Below are positions 10,817 through 22,236 of a stretch of DNA of 36,359 nucleotides, piece by piece. How positions within the stretch are numbered: position 1 is the stretch's first letter; each line of letters starts with the position of its first letter. Source of the stretch: Octopus bimaculoides (Eukaryota); assembly GCF_001194135.2 (NCBI RefSeq), contig NC_068996.1, positions 38,445,085 to 38,481,443 of the forward strand, in the 5' to 3' direction. The position numbers were made by a program, and so were the translations under genes. Under the pieces are notes generated by a model, which was not told the origin of the DNA, did not search any database, and worked only from the letters and a program-made list of their open reading frames with translations.

Positions 10817-12469
10817 GTAAGCAGAGTGACACGTACCAAATTTTATGAAATTCAGCAACTTTGTGATAACAAGAAAAAAAAAATGATGTTTACCAAGCAA
10901 CAGTGATGTCTCAATCTGTCTGTCTGTCCTTTTCTTTTTTAATTTTTTTTTTCTAATTTGATGGTAGTGAGAAAAAATACAAAGCAAAAAAGATATTTTC
11001 AAACTTTTTTTTTTTCTAACCATATTGAAATGGGTTAAATTTAATCATTTAGTTAGTTTAAATATTACAGAAACTCAATATATCTATTTATCTGTATCAT
11101 ACCATTCAGTTTCTCCTTCTGTGATTTCGTCGTGATCTCTTATTGCATTAATGGATAGGAATATTTCAGTTCTGATCAGACGAATAAGCCAGTTTGTGTT
11201 AACATTTTTTAAGGCAAAGAACATTAAAACATTAACAAGAAATGCGGTGAGGAAAAAAAAAGAAGAAAACAATAGTGTTAGTTAAAGGCTAATATTATTT
11301 TTATATTTTCCTAATGAGTACAGGTAATAACTTTTCATATAATAACTTTTCTGGCCTCTTCTGCAAAGTCTAGCCTTCACCGTATCTCCCGAAACAGTGA
11401 TGAATCATTTCTTAAATAATATGCAAGAGTGTACATGGAGACTAGAATTATTTATAAATGAAGTAATTCAGAATGCCTGCAATACATGTGTTACTGTTGA
11501 TTTTAATGCATGGAATATTAAAAATGGTTAAAGAGAAACAAAATGCTAATTTTAAAAATCTGAAGTTACAAATTTGTTTCATTTGATAGTAATTTTATTG
11601 TAATGGTATGTAAGAGAATTATGCAGTGAAATTTTCTGATCTAATTAAAACTAGTTTCATCAATTGGAATATATAACTATCTGCTATATATGTATTTATA
11701 TGCAAAGTTTAATTCAGGGATAGAATTAGAATAATCTGAGAGAATGATGACACTGATTGAAGTAATATAAAACATTTTAGTGAAGACTTTTAGAAAAGAG
11801 AGGTTAATACAACTCTGCTAATTTTTTTCATTTGATAGGCTATCAAACCATTTCATTTAACTGTAAATAATTTATTTAAAAAAAAAATATGAAAGGAAAA
11901 ATAATATTCTTCTAATGTAAACACATATATTTTTATCTGTGTGACTTGTTTATATTTTTAAACATAAACCTTACTGCTGGCATTGTGCATTTATATAACC
12001 TACTAGTGTTTATCTGTCTGGGAAATAAATGCTATTTTCACTTTATCATAAAATAGATGAAATATGGAAAGACATTCAGCTGTAAAGCCATTATATTTTG
12101 TGCAGACAGAGAAGATAGCTTAACAGAGTGACACATAAGTATAGAGTCATGCACATTTATACAAACTCACATGCATTCGTTCACACCAATACACAGTCAA
12201 TCATGCTCATATGCATTCAAACACAATTACACAAAATTCATGTTTACTCACACATACTTATGTAGATATAGATATATAGAGATGTAAATCTGCATGTTTG
12301 TACTTATATACTATTATATTTTCAATGCCACATGTACATTTTTTTTCCTGCACTATCAGGCGTACACCTATATTTCCAAAGTGCATGTGGTATTGTCATT
12401 CAAGGTTCAAGAGAATGTTGTGGAATTTGTTCTTTGTTTTTGATGTTGCTCTTATGAAAACTTTTATAC

Positions 12470-13640
12470 AATTTAACTGTGAATCTGTTGATGTATATTC
12501 TGAGAGATGGATGTGTGTTCTAGTTGTATTTTATGTAGAATGTGTGCTGTATTGCAAAGAATACTTTTGGAGGATTGTGTGTAAACTTTCGAACCCTTGA
12601 TTAAATTTATGTGTTTCTTCTGTTTAGTCCTTTTGTACAGTGAATCTACTATTATTGGTACCATTTTGACTGTTTCCAATTCCAGGTCATCTTACCTTTG
12701 ACAATTTTATTTTTACTTCTTTTCAGGGAATGTTTTACGTGGAAATTTCGTCTTTGTCTTTCATTATATCTAGATGGTTAGATTTTGTTGATCTGAACAG
12801 TTGTGTCCCAGATTATCTTATCCAGGGTATTGTTATTCACTGGATTTCAAAATCATTCATGTTACTATTTTTCAGTTTTTATGCCAAAGTTTTGGCATTC
12901 TGTCCTATTGACATTAGTTGTCAATTACATCTGATGGGGTGCTGAAAAGTTCCTGGCTTTGGGTAAAAGAAAATACAGGAGGATCAGTTAATTATGATTT
13001 TATTCAAAATATTCCCCTTTCAAATTCCTACATTTATTGCAGCAGTCCTTCAACTTTTCTAAGCCCTGTAAAAGAACTTGGAAGGATGAGCTTCTAACCA
13101 GGCCTTTTGTGAGACCCTTAAAGCCAGGAACTTATCAGCATCCCCTCTTATATGTATATATGATTGTGTATATTCTGTCTTTGCAAGGACTGGATAGCCA
13201 GAAATGATAATTTTAATTGTTAGAATTATCAAAATTGCATTTTGTCTTCATCTCTTGATTTATTGTTTTATTTTGGTGTGTGTGTTTATATATGTATGTA
13301 TGTGTGCGTGTATATATATATATATATATATATATATTTAATGTCTTAGTAGTAATCTAGTCAGCTATAACAAAATCTTCCATTTCTATTTTCCGTCCTG
13401 AAGATTTTTTTTTTCCTTGGTTTCATGTTGATTCACTTCTCCATTCACTCTTGTTTCATGCTGATCCTTGAGAGTTTATTTTTGTCTTCATTTCTTACTT
13501 CTTTTCGGTGCTTCTTGAGTTCTACATTGATTGGGGTGAAGGTCTTCACATTTTCTAATTTTTTTTTGCCTTTTTTTTTTTGTTGTTCTTATCTGACCAG
13601 TTTCCACTTTCATGTATATATTTGCAGTGACATTTAGAAA
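12470..13640 (-). mobile_element. Decayed RLE-type (R4/Dong/NeSL-like) non-LTR retrotransposon 3' region
   Basis: Ordered remnants: MKQE*MEK; SSGRKIEMEDFVIA; IISGYPVLAKTEY (CCHC region); KIIWDTTVQ..NHLDI (RLE PD motif region); VPIIV; SILCNTAHILHKI (terminal TAHILRK motif). Confidence 0.7.
12932..13150. mobile_element. Tc1/Mariner-type MITE nested in the RLE LINE
   Basis: 29-bp TIRs at 12932-12960 and 13120-13148 (25/29 identical, ..ggggtgctgaaaagttcctggcttt); TA at the right end. Confidence 0.75.
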
Positions 13641-14126
13641 CATACTATATCTTTATTTTAAAAAATGTTGTTGCTTATTTTCTTTTATTAGCCTTTTCCC
13701 ATTTATATATGATTTATATAAAGTTATTTAAAATTCTTATTATATAAGAATTGACTTCAGTATATAAAGTAAAAAAAGAATTTTTTTTCTCCCAATTTTA
13801 ATTTTATACTTATGGATTTACTTTTAGAGACATTTTTACTTCCCATAAGATTTTTATTTTATATACTCATATACTTTAGAATATATATATAATTTATTAC
13901 ATCTTTATATCATGAACACACACACATGCACCTAGTAAATATTCTAGTTTTGTAGAAATAGATATACTTTACAACAAATACCGTGTACTCTTTTACATGC
14001 TTGTGAAGCAAAAAATGTGTGTGTGTGCTGGTGTTTATAATACAATGTAGTTAAACTGTGGCTAATGACTTCTTAGCTGTAAATGTACTTTATAGCAGTA
14101 TGAGACACTGAGATAACTAAATAAGA

Positions 14127-14530
14127 TCATCATCATCATCATCATTTAGCATCCATTTTTCATTCTGACATGGGTTGGATGGTTTGACCAAAAGCTGGTA
14201 AGCTGGGGAGCTGCACCAAGTTCCAATTTGATTTAGCATGGTTTCTATGGCTGGATGTCCTTCCTAATGCCAACCACTCCGAGAGTGTAGTGAATGTTTT
14301 TTACATGCCACCAGCATCAGCCATGACTACAATTTTACTTGGCTTGGCAGGTCTTCACAAGCACAGTATATCACCAAATCCCTTAGTGACCTGTCACTGC
14401 TTCTATGATGCCCAACACTTGAACAGTGCTTTTTATGTGCCACCGGCATGGGTGCCAGTCAGATGGCACTGGTATCGGCCATGACTATGATTTCACTTGG
14501 CTTGACAAGTCTTCTCAAGCACAAGATATC
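14127..14530 (-). mobile_element. RTE LINE 3' UTR fragment
   Basis: (CAT)n then ggatgtccttcctaatgccaaccac; internal duplication of gccatgacta..ttacttggcttg. Confidence 0.75.
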
Positions 14531-14589
14531 AAAAAATATCAGAATAGTATAACAGACAATGAGTTTTTTTATTGTTGGTTTAGGTTTTA

Positions 14590-14765
14590 ATGTTCAACCA
14601 TATTGATAGATGAGGTGACAAAGACAGGCAGACATTTAGAGAGATAGAGAGACAGACATATAATTGGATGGCTAGATAGATGCGTAGCTGAATAGGTGGA
14701 TAGGTAAGTTGGTAGGTAGAAAGTTGGGTAGATGGATAGGTATGTTGGCAAATAGGTAGATACTC
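14590..14765 (+). repeat. Degenerate (TAGA/TAGG)n tetranucleotide tract
   Basis: Visible gatagatg/gtaggtag periodicity. Confidence 0.6.
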
Positions 14766-16279
14766 AAAGGTGAAATTGTGCAAGCTTAGGATGCCATCCA
14801 TTGCAAGGTGCTCAGTATTGGATTTTTATATTGTTGTGACTTCATGTATCTACTTATGATGTCAACCAGTATGATAGAGATAACAACAAAGATATGAAAA
14901 AAATCACAGACCACTTGGCTCTGATGCCATCCAAGTGACTAGCTAAAAAGCTGATAAAGGTCAGGACGTTAATGGTAGCAGAAATGAAAATGCAAAAGAG
15001 AAAGAAGGAAAGAATAAGATTGTGGGGGAAAGAGAAAAGGGAGAGGAAGTGACATAAAGACAAAAAGAAAAACAAGAGAAACTGGGACTATGAAGAAATG
15101 AAGAAATGACTGGAAACTATTAAAAAAAGACTGTAAGAGGTCAGGGCTTTTTGTTAAGATCACACAACCAGTTCACCCTTAGACAATATCTATCATACAA
15201 CAACAATACACAGGAAACATACTCCCTTGGATATTGCCTAATGATTCACCTAATATATTTGGACACCAAATATATCAGATGAAAGTTTATATGCCAAGTA
15301 AGATATACATGACATTCTCCAAATGACAAGTTATGGCAGCATCTTGGAGTATTTCTACGACCACACTACATTAATGCAATATTCCAAGACAGAAGAGTAT
15401 ACCAACACAGTTGATGTATTCACCAATGTGTGGGCAAAGGATATCAATACATATCAAAAATGGAAAACAGTCAGTCAATAAACCTATAGCTAACCAAAGT
15501 GCACTGAACTGGAAACAGATACTTCAGACAGTATGTGTCATGTAACCTTGTTATCAGTGTGATAACAAATGCAAGCAGCATGTCATATGATGGATTTTAA
15601 ATCCCAAAGCATTCACAACACAACACAACATAGCATCATGATCATGATCATGATAATCATTCATTTAGCGTCCATGTTCCATGCTGGCATGGGGTGGACA
15701 TCATCAAATGATGATGGTGATTACATACACGTATCACCATCATAGTAATTTTTTTCCAATCTACAGAGAGATAATTAAGCCATCATCAGATATATATATA
15801 AACAACTTATCTCACAAGAATACTCCATTTGTAATTAATTTGAATTTATTCCATATCTGTATCAATATATCTACACAGCCATTTCTTCATTTATCCACCT
15901 ATCCATCTATCTAAATATTTGTATTTATGCTTCTTCCTCAGTCTTTCTAAATATTTACATGTTTACCTATGTCTTTTTGTAAGTCAGTATGGTTAAACGT
16001 TAAAACCAATACGATCAACAAAAATTCATATTGTCTTTTATATTGTTTTGATACTTTTCGGGTATCTTGTCATTTAGTTAATATCAGTTTCTCATGCTGC
16101 TAAAAACTACATTTAAGTGTAATGAGGTTGTACCCACAAAACACACACACACACGCAAATGAATAATTAAAACAGAGGTTAAAAAGTACTCAATAACCAA
16201 TATAGAGTACTATAAAATCTAAAAGAAGCTGGAACTTCACTAGTGTGACTTATCAGAGTTTAGTGATTTAACTTAGAAC

Positions 16280-16326
<47 letters not shown>

Positions 16327-16523
16327 TTGTGTTCTCTTGGTAAGTCACAAAAGATTTGAAAAGATATATAATTTGATTGGTTGTTGGTAATTGATATGAA
16401 TAGTGTGTGTAAAAAAACTTAATGTTTTATCAAATACAGTAGTGTAAGAGGTAAAAGTTAAGAAAAGAAAAAAAAAAAGAATGAGGAAAAGATGAAGAAT
16501 ATGTTTTTTTGTTGTACAATTAG

Positions 16524-16612
16524 ACAAAGCAAAATATTTTTATGAAGCAAACCACTCTTTCGATCAAAAAGCACCATGGATTTATAACCCCCCCCCCCCA
16601 AAATATGAATAA
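16524..16612 (+). CDS. Gene A terminal coding exon (KAKYFYEANHSFDQKAPWIYNPPPPKYE*)
   Basis: Acceptor ttttttgttgtacaattag|, phase-1 entry, stop TAA at 16610-16612, AATAAA at 16822-16827; PPxY motif at the C-terminus. Confidence 0.6.
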
Positions 16613-16725
16613 CACCACTCTTGATTCTATTAACTTTGGATATGAAAAGATTGTAACTCATTTAAACAGAAATGAAATTAGTGAAGCTTTAGCACTATGC
16701 AAACTGTATATCACATTTAAGAATC

Positions 16726-16772
16726 TTAAACTAATTTCCTGAGGAATCCATTTACAAAATGTATGAATCCAA
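16726..16772 (-). CDS. Gene B terminal coding exon (GFIHFVNGFLRKLV*)
   Basis: Acceptor atttaattgattttcag|, phase-1 entry, TAA at 16728-16726. Confidence 0.5.
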
Positions 16773-17082
16773 CTGAAAATCAATTAAATTGCAAAAGATT
16801 TTCAGGCAAAATAGTCATAAAAATAAAAGAAGCTTCTAATTTATTGTTATGGAACAAAAATATTTTAGCTACAAAGTAGTCCAATAACATCAATAATAAT
16901 CAACAATATGAATCTATCCAGTTTGATAGCATAGATTATTACCTTATTACATTATTATTACCAAAGCATAATGTCCACTATTAGTCATGTTCTCATATTC
17001 CATTATTAAAATCATGTTACGTGGAAGGAAATCACTGTTATTTTTTTGACAGAAACTTGGAGATAAAGAAAAAGGGTATTAC

Positions 17083-17157
17083 CTCCTTTGATATTAACAT
17101 TGATTTTTAATGAACTTGGCAGAAATTTGCAAATTAATCTGTCTTTGTATATTGCAC
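17083..17157 (-). CDS. Gene B exon (AIYKDRLICKFLPSSLKINVNIKG)
   Basis: Acceptor tatatttag| and donor gag|gtaata; 75 nt, phase 1 to 1; only one frame is open. Confidence 0.55.
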
Positions 17158-17312
17158 CTAAATATAATATTTTTACCTAATGGGTTATACTGTGATAATG
17201 GATTTTAACATTATTAATAATGTAACATTATTAACTCACAAACAGGTATATTTCTGAAAAATTTGCAATAAATTTAAATATTTAAACTTGAAAATCATTG
17301 ACAACACATACC

Positions 17313-17534
17313 TTAATCCATTTGCATTCAGATGACTCTGTCAAATGTAATGCTTATTTATTCACATTGTTTTGAATTAATCTTGCAATAATCTCATAGC
17401 TTCAAGATTTCAATGATGTGATAGTTTATTTTGAGAATGATATCATTGAGTAGGAGTCAGATCTAGCTAGTTTGAACATAAAACAATATGAATATTTGGG
17501 CCAGATATGGCTGGTTTAAATACTAAAGAGTTAA
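17313..17534. mobile_element. piggyBac-type MITE
   Basis: TTAA-bounded (ttaatccatttgcattc ... tactaaagagttaa); inverted homologue of 3305-3698. Confidence 0.7.
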
Positions 17535-18639
17535 AATATGCTTTTTTTTTTTTTTTTTTGACATCACATTAAACATAAATATTTGCCAAAACCATTCCTA
17601 TGGAAAACCAATTCAAATTTTACAATATATTTATATGTATTCAAACCACCCACCAGCTTAGATTTAAGAAAATATACCAAAGTATTAACTTCTGACTTAC
17701 TAACCTATTATTATCATCAGAACAATAACAATAATGCTACATAGGAAACAAAATATCATACTGTAAAGTTTTGAAAAATATTTTTGTAAAATATTAAGGG
17801 CAGCCATTCTACCATGGGTAACTTTACTGAATCCTTGTTGAACATTAGTCTTAAAAATAATAAAACTTGTGCTTCCTGTAATCCTAATACTTTTTAACCA
17901 TGCAATTGCTTAAAACCTATGTAATGTCTTTTAAATGGTTGATGTCCAACAAACTACAATTTGTAGTAGCTTGGCGATATTTAAGAAAATTAAATTAAAT
18001 TCATATTTATTCAATTGAATTTTAAAAAATGTACACTATATAGTGTGAGTAGAAAATGTATCAGTTATTATTTTAGACTACACCAGTTTAAAGTTTAACT
18101 TGTTTAAATTGAGATATGACTAACACTACATTTTTAAACACTCAGTCAAATGATCAGAAACTACTTTATCTAAATATATTTGGAGTTCAAAAGACAAACA
18201 CACTCAACGTCCATATCAAATTAAGAAATTTTGTATCATGTTACAACCATTTTTGTGTCTTGTGCCTCTCTGAAAGACTAGAAAGTTTATTCTGTTATAG
18301 GAATATTCAGACATAGCTATTAATTTTCATTGAAGAACTCTAAATTGTTATAATATAAATTACCATATTGGTAATTATTTAATTACATTATTCATACATG
18401 CTATATAAATATACACAATAGCGTTACCACTTTGGCACATACATTGCTCTGTATATATATTTCATATGTGTACATTTTCATGACTTTCTATTACTATGTT
18501 ATACTATCATAAATAATACTTTACAATTATCTTACTCATATGTATGCCATATTATATATAATTTTATATCATTCCTTAAATTTCTCCTTCACCTCATTTT
18601 CTCTCTTATTGTTAGCTTCTGTTTAGTGACAGTACATAC

Positions 18640-18686
18640 TTGTACTGTATAAGTATAAACAGTGTAAGTCTTCTTTATAAATAAAT
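18640..18686 (-). CDS. Gene B exon (FIYKEDLHCLYLYST)
   Basis: Acceptor cttgtattgcag| and donor caa|gtatgt; 47 nt, phase 2 to 1. Confidence 0.55.
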
Positions 18687-19004
18687 CTGCAATACAAGTC
18701 CTTTTAAAAACAATTGATTACGCAATAAAACATAATACCTCATGCTTTTCTTTTTACTCTTATCCCCGGGGTCTTCATCTTTCTATCGCATGCATCACTG
18801 ATATGAAAACTTTCTAAGTTTATAGATTCTTTTTAACCTTTAATTTTCTTAAATTATTACCTCTATTTTTCATCTCTAACAGTTAATCAATTTCCCTTCA
18901 AGAAATCCATTCTGTTTTACTGCAATTCATGTTCTTGGCCTCATTTTTTTTCTGTTTTCATTTTCTAATTTACATTTTTGTCTCTTTTCTTTCTTTATAC
19001 CTAC

Positions 19005-19190
19005 TTCTTACATTTGTATTGTTCAATGCTTTTTATCATATCCCAACAACCAATCAAATTATGTGTATACTTTGAAATATTTTGTAACTTACTAAAAGAA
19101 CCTAAATTATATATAAATCTACATTCCGTGTTGAGTAACAACTGCCTAATGAACCAAAAGGCAACACTTGGAGTTTCATTAATGGAATAT
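19005..19190 (-). CDS. Gene B exon (YSINETPSVAFWFIRQLLLNTECRFIYNLGSFSKLQNISKYTHNLIGCWDMIKSIEQYKCK), unidentified protein
   Basis: 61 open codons in very AT-rich DNA; acceptor gaagcag| (modest), donor aa|gtaggt; phase 2 to 2 joins exon 18640-18686 in frame. Confidence 0.5.
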
Positions 19191-19214
19191 CTGCTTCCAT
19201 AAAATTATATAAAT

Positions 19215-19510
19215 AGGCACAGTATAACTAAATGGTTAATATATTTACTTTGGAACCAAGAAGAATCCTGTTTGATCACAGTGCATACCATCTTGGGTAA
19301 ATGTTATTTTCTATAGCTCTGAATTGACTCATACCTGTGAATGAAATTGGGTGGATGGAAACTGTGTAGAAGTATATCATGTAGATTGTACCTGTAATTC
19401 AAAGGTAAAGCCTTGTCAAATGCAGTATCTTGTAGGTGATTCTGCCTGAGAATTACTTTAATATTGCACTTGTCTGTGGAATGGCCCGGCCACACACAAG
19501 TTAAATCAAT
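19215..19510 (+). mobile_element. Old family-1 SINE
   Basis: Degenerate head, then atacctgtgaatgaaattgggtggatggaaactg body. Confidence 0.5.
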
Positions 19511-19635
19511 AAGCAAATAATTCAATTAATCAAACAACTGAATCTTTGTTGAAATTGATAGAGAACCACACACACACATACTGTGTATTAGTGTGAGCTT
19601 GTGTGTGTGTGTGTGTGTTTGTGTTGGAAATAAAC

Positions 19636-19702
19636 TTGTAAACAAGACCACTTCCTAAATTCTGTAAGTCTGTGCAAAATTTCAAAAGCCCAAGAAGTTC
19701 CC
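19636..19702 (-). CDS. Possible additional gene B exon (ELLGLLKFCTDLQNLGSGLVY)
   Basis: Good acceptor ctcaaattcacacag| but weak donor aa|gtttat; phase 1 to 2 fits ahead of 19005-19190. Confidence 0.3.
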
Positions 19703-20039
19703 CTGTGTGAATTTGAGTAGATAAAGAGTTGCCCAGCACTGAACTCACTTTTTAGCACAATAAAACCAGTGTGTGTGTAACATGAGCAATTTTATTTTGT
19801 TATTTTAAATATTGTCCTGTCTTTAGCTGTCAAAAAAACCACAACCTTAACTGATAGTGTATTAAACTAAACAATCAAGCACAGTTGACTATTTCTAGGT
19901 AGGACAATTCATTCAACATTTCCTGGTTCACCTATAAATTGGTGCAAACATGTTGTGACGTTATGGAAATACAAATTGATATAACCATGTGATATAAAAA
20001 TGTAAATCAGTTGATATGTGATATAAAAGAAAAATATAC

Positions 20040-20255
20040 TGGCTGTGTAGTGTAGTTTAGGAGATTGTTGTCCAGCCATGTAGTTTCGGTTTCAGTCTCA
20101 TTGCATGACACCTTGGCCACATGTCTCCTTCTATAGTCCTAAATCCATCAAAACTTGTGAGAATTTCGTTGATGCAAACTGAAAGAATCCTGTTGTGTGT
20201 GTGTGTGTGTGTGTGTGTGTATGGTGTGTAAAGTATGCATATGTATCTTTTATCT
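20040..20255 (+). mobile_element. Family-1 SINE 5' half
   Basis: tggctgtgtagtg A box; ggtttcagtctc; gaaactgaaagaatcc then (TG)n. Confidence 0.7.
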
Positions 20256-20622
20256 TTCACTTGCTTCAGTCATTAGATTGTGGCCATGCTGGGGCACCAC
20301 CTTGAAGAATTTTTTTTTGGTTGAATAAATCGTCTCCAGTATTTATTCGTTTGTTAAGCCTGGTACTTTTTCTGTCGGTTTCTTTTGCTGAATCTCCAAG
20401 TTATGGGGATGTAAATAAACCAACACCAGTTGTCAAGTGCTGGTGGGGGACAAACACAGACATGAATGCGTGTGCACGCACGCACACACATATAATAATG
20501 GGTTTTTTTTTCTGTTTCCACTTGCCAAATCCAGTCACAAAGCTTTGGTCGACCCAAGGCTATAGTTGAAAACACTTGCCCATGTGGTTGAGACACAAGC
20601 TTCTTACCACACAGCCACTGCT
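20255..20622 (-). mobile_element. Family-1 SINE (tail-to-tail with 20040-20255)
   Basis: cttgcttcagtcatt...ggccatgctggggcacc...ccaaatccagtcacaaagctt...cacacagccac. Confidence 0.8.
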
Positions 20623-21579
20623 ACACTAGCCACACCTGAAGGAAAACTGGTTAAGTATCTGGGTGTTAGTGCCTCCTTGTTTTGACATTTTGTATAATAG
20701 TTGTAAATAGATAAACAAGCATCACCTTCTTGCAGGCAGCATCATTGGTTTCCAATGTTATGTGAATATATGTCCATCCACAGGAAATATTAACTAGTTG
20801 GGAAATAGTGATAGTTGCTGACATAAATCTGCCTCAGTTAATTCTGCTTGATATGAGTAAACATTGAAATGCAAGCATTAAGATAGTAATATGTGGGTGG
20901 GTGTATGTGAGCATGAGTGTGTGTGCATACATACATACGTACGTGTGTGTGTGTGTGTCTGCCAAAAATTATACATTGAAATTCATAAGTCTGTATGCCA
21001 TTGGGAGGAGAAGAATCTGATAGTTTAAAGTTAAATAATTTTTGCTTTTTTCTTAAATCTTGTCTCTGGAATGTAATTATGACATACTAAACTTATCCAA
21101 ATTCATGAATTTCACCATTTTGGCCTTCATCAAACAAATTTATGATCTAACCATGACCATCCCTCCTTGTATATCTGGATCTGCAATAACCAATATATAC
21201 TTACTTTTTTAAAAAAATGTAGGCTGTGATGTGAGAAAAATTTGGCTGCTATTTTTAGTAGGTTGAACAGCCATGTAGATACTCCCTTGTCATCTCTTTT
21301 CTGCTCTTTTATTAAGATACTCTTGTATCATCTCCTTTTAGGATTTTATTTTCAATACTTTCCAGTTGGCTAAGTTTTAAAAAAAATTCATTTTACGTTT
21401 CATAATTTTATTTCTCTTATGAACAACTCATGTTTGCCATTTCATCAAACTCAACAGTTTTCTGCTGCTGTATATAGAGTTATTCATACATTAAGAATGT
21501 TTTGCATTTGTATATTTGATCTTTTATTGTAATACAATACATATCCTATGCTTAATTCTTTTATCTTTTGCTGGCTTCT

Positions 21580-21945
21580 ATAATTGAACTTCACCCATGC
21601 TTGGAGTACTGTCTTCATGGGTCTTAATATATTATATCAACCTCAGTACTTTGATATTTATTTTATTCTTCTCTATTTATCAAATGGCTATGTTTATCTT
21701 TGGTTATGTCCCTTATGAGGGAGTTACCTCCCACTAGAAACTAAACATCACGAGGAATTTGCACCAAAATACACAGAAACAAAAACACACTTATTTACAC
21801 CAAACTTCCATGAAGTTTCTGTCAACCAAAGGTATTAGTCAACCACCAGCTCTGATGGAAAACATTTGCCAAGATGTCTGTACCATAGGAGCGAACCAGG
21901 AACCATAGGATTGCAAAGTGAACCTTCTAACTATACAGCCACTCC
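21580..21945 (-). mobile_element. Old family-1 SINE
   Basis: catgcttggagtactgtc...aacatttgccaag...atacagccact. Confidence 0.55.
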
Positions 21946-22222
21946 TTCACCTAATATTTTAATTTTATGTTATGAGACAATTCTGATGTTGTGTTATTAA
22001 AATAACTTTTATATATTATTAGTTTACTTACTGTTACTAAGGTCAACAGGCTTCATTCAAGATCTTTTTGTTAATCCCAAACTTTGACAATTTCATAGTT
22101 TTGAAGGAATTGTTTCCCATCTGTTTCATTCAAGACATCTTTATTATGATTATTATTATTTTTTGGTTCTATTACAGTTAATTCTTTAACTGTTTTTTTT
22201 ATATGTATAGGCATATTCTTAC

Positions 22223-22236
22223 TTGTCAGAGGCTCT
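22223..22236 (-). CDS. Possible 14-nt micro-exon of gene B (agagcctctgacaa)
   Basis: Acceptor atatgtttcag| and donor aa|gtaaga; can be phased to join 19190 directly or via 19636-19702. Confidence 0.3.

Noticed and set aside
11117-11181. C/D box snoRNA (tctGTGATT...CTGAtcaga)
   Set aside because: The C box deviates from RUGAUGA and I could not match a guide to rRNA; a snoscan or Rfam search could revisit it
11084-11272. Minus ORF ending ...IRDHDEITEGETEWYDTDK
   Set aside because: Protein-like tail, but no convincing acceptor and no connection to any gene model
12727-12776. Plus-strand exon of gene A (ttttcag|ggaatg...gatg|gttaga)
   Set aside because: Lies on the antisense strand of the RLE LINE remnant, and gene A is phase-complete without it
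13425-13637. Hydrophobic ORF, or K/E-rich minus-strand host exon
   Set aside because: Colinear with the decayed RLE LINE ORF and has frameshifts
18739-19000. K/E-rich extra exon of gene B
   Set aside because: Stops in all frames and a purine-rich, weak acceptor; gene B is in phase without it
22032-22140. Minus exon with a gtaagt donor (DVLNETDGKQFLQNYEIVKVWD)
   Set aside because: Stops in all three frames before the donor
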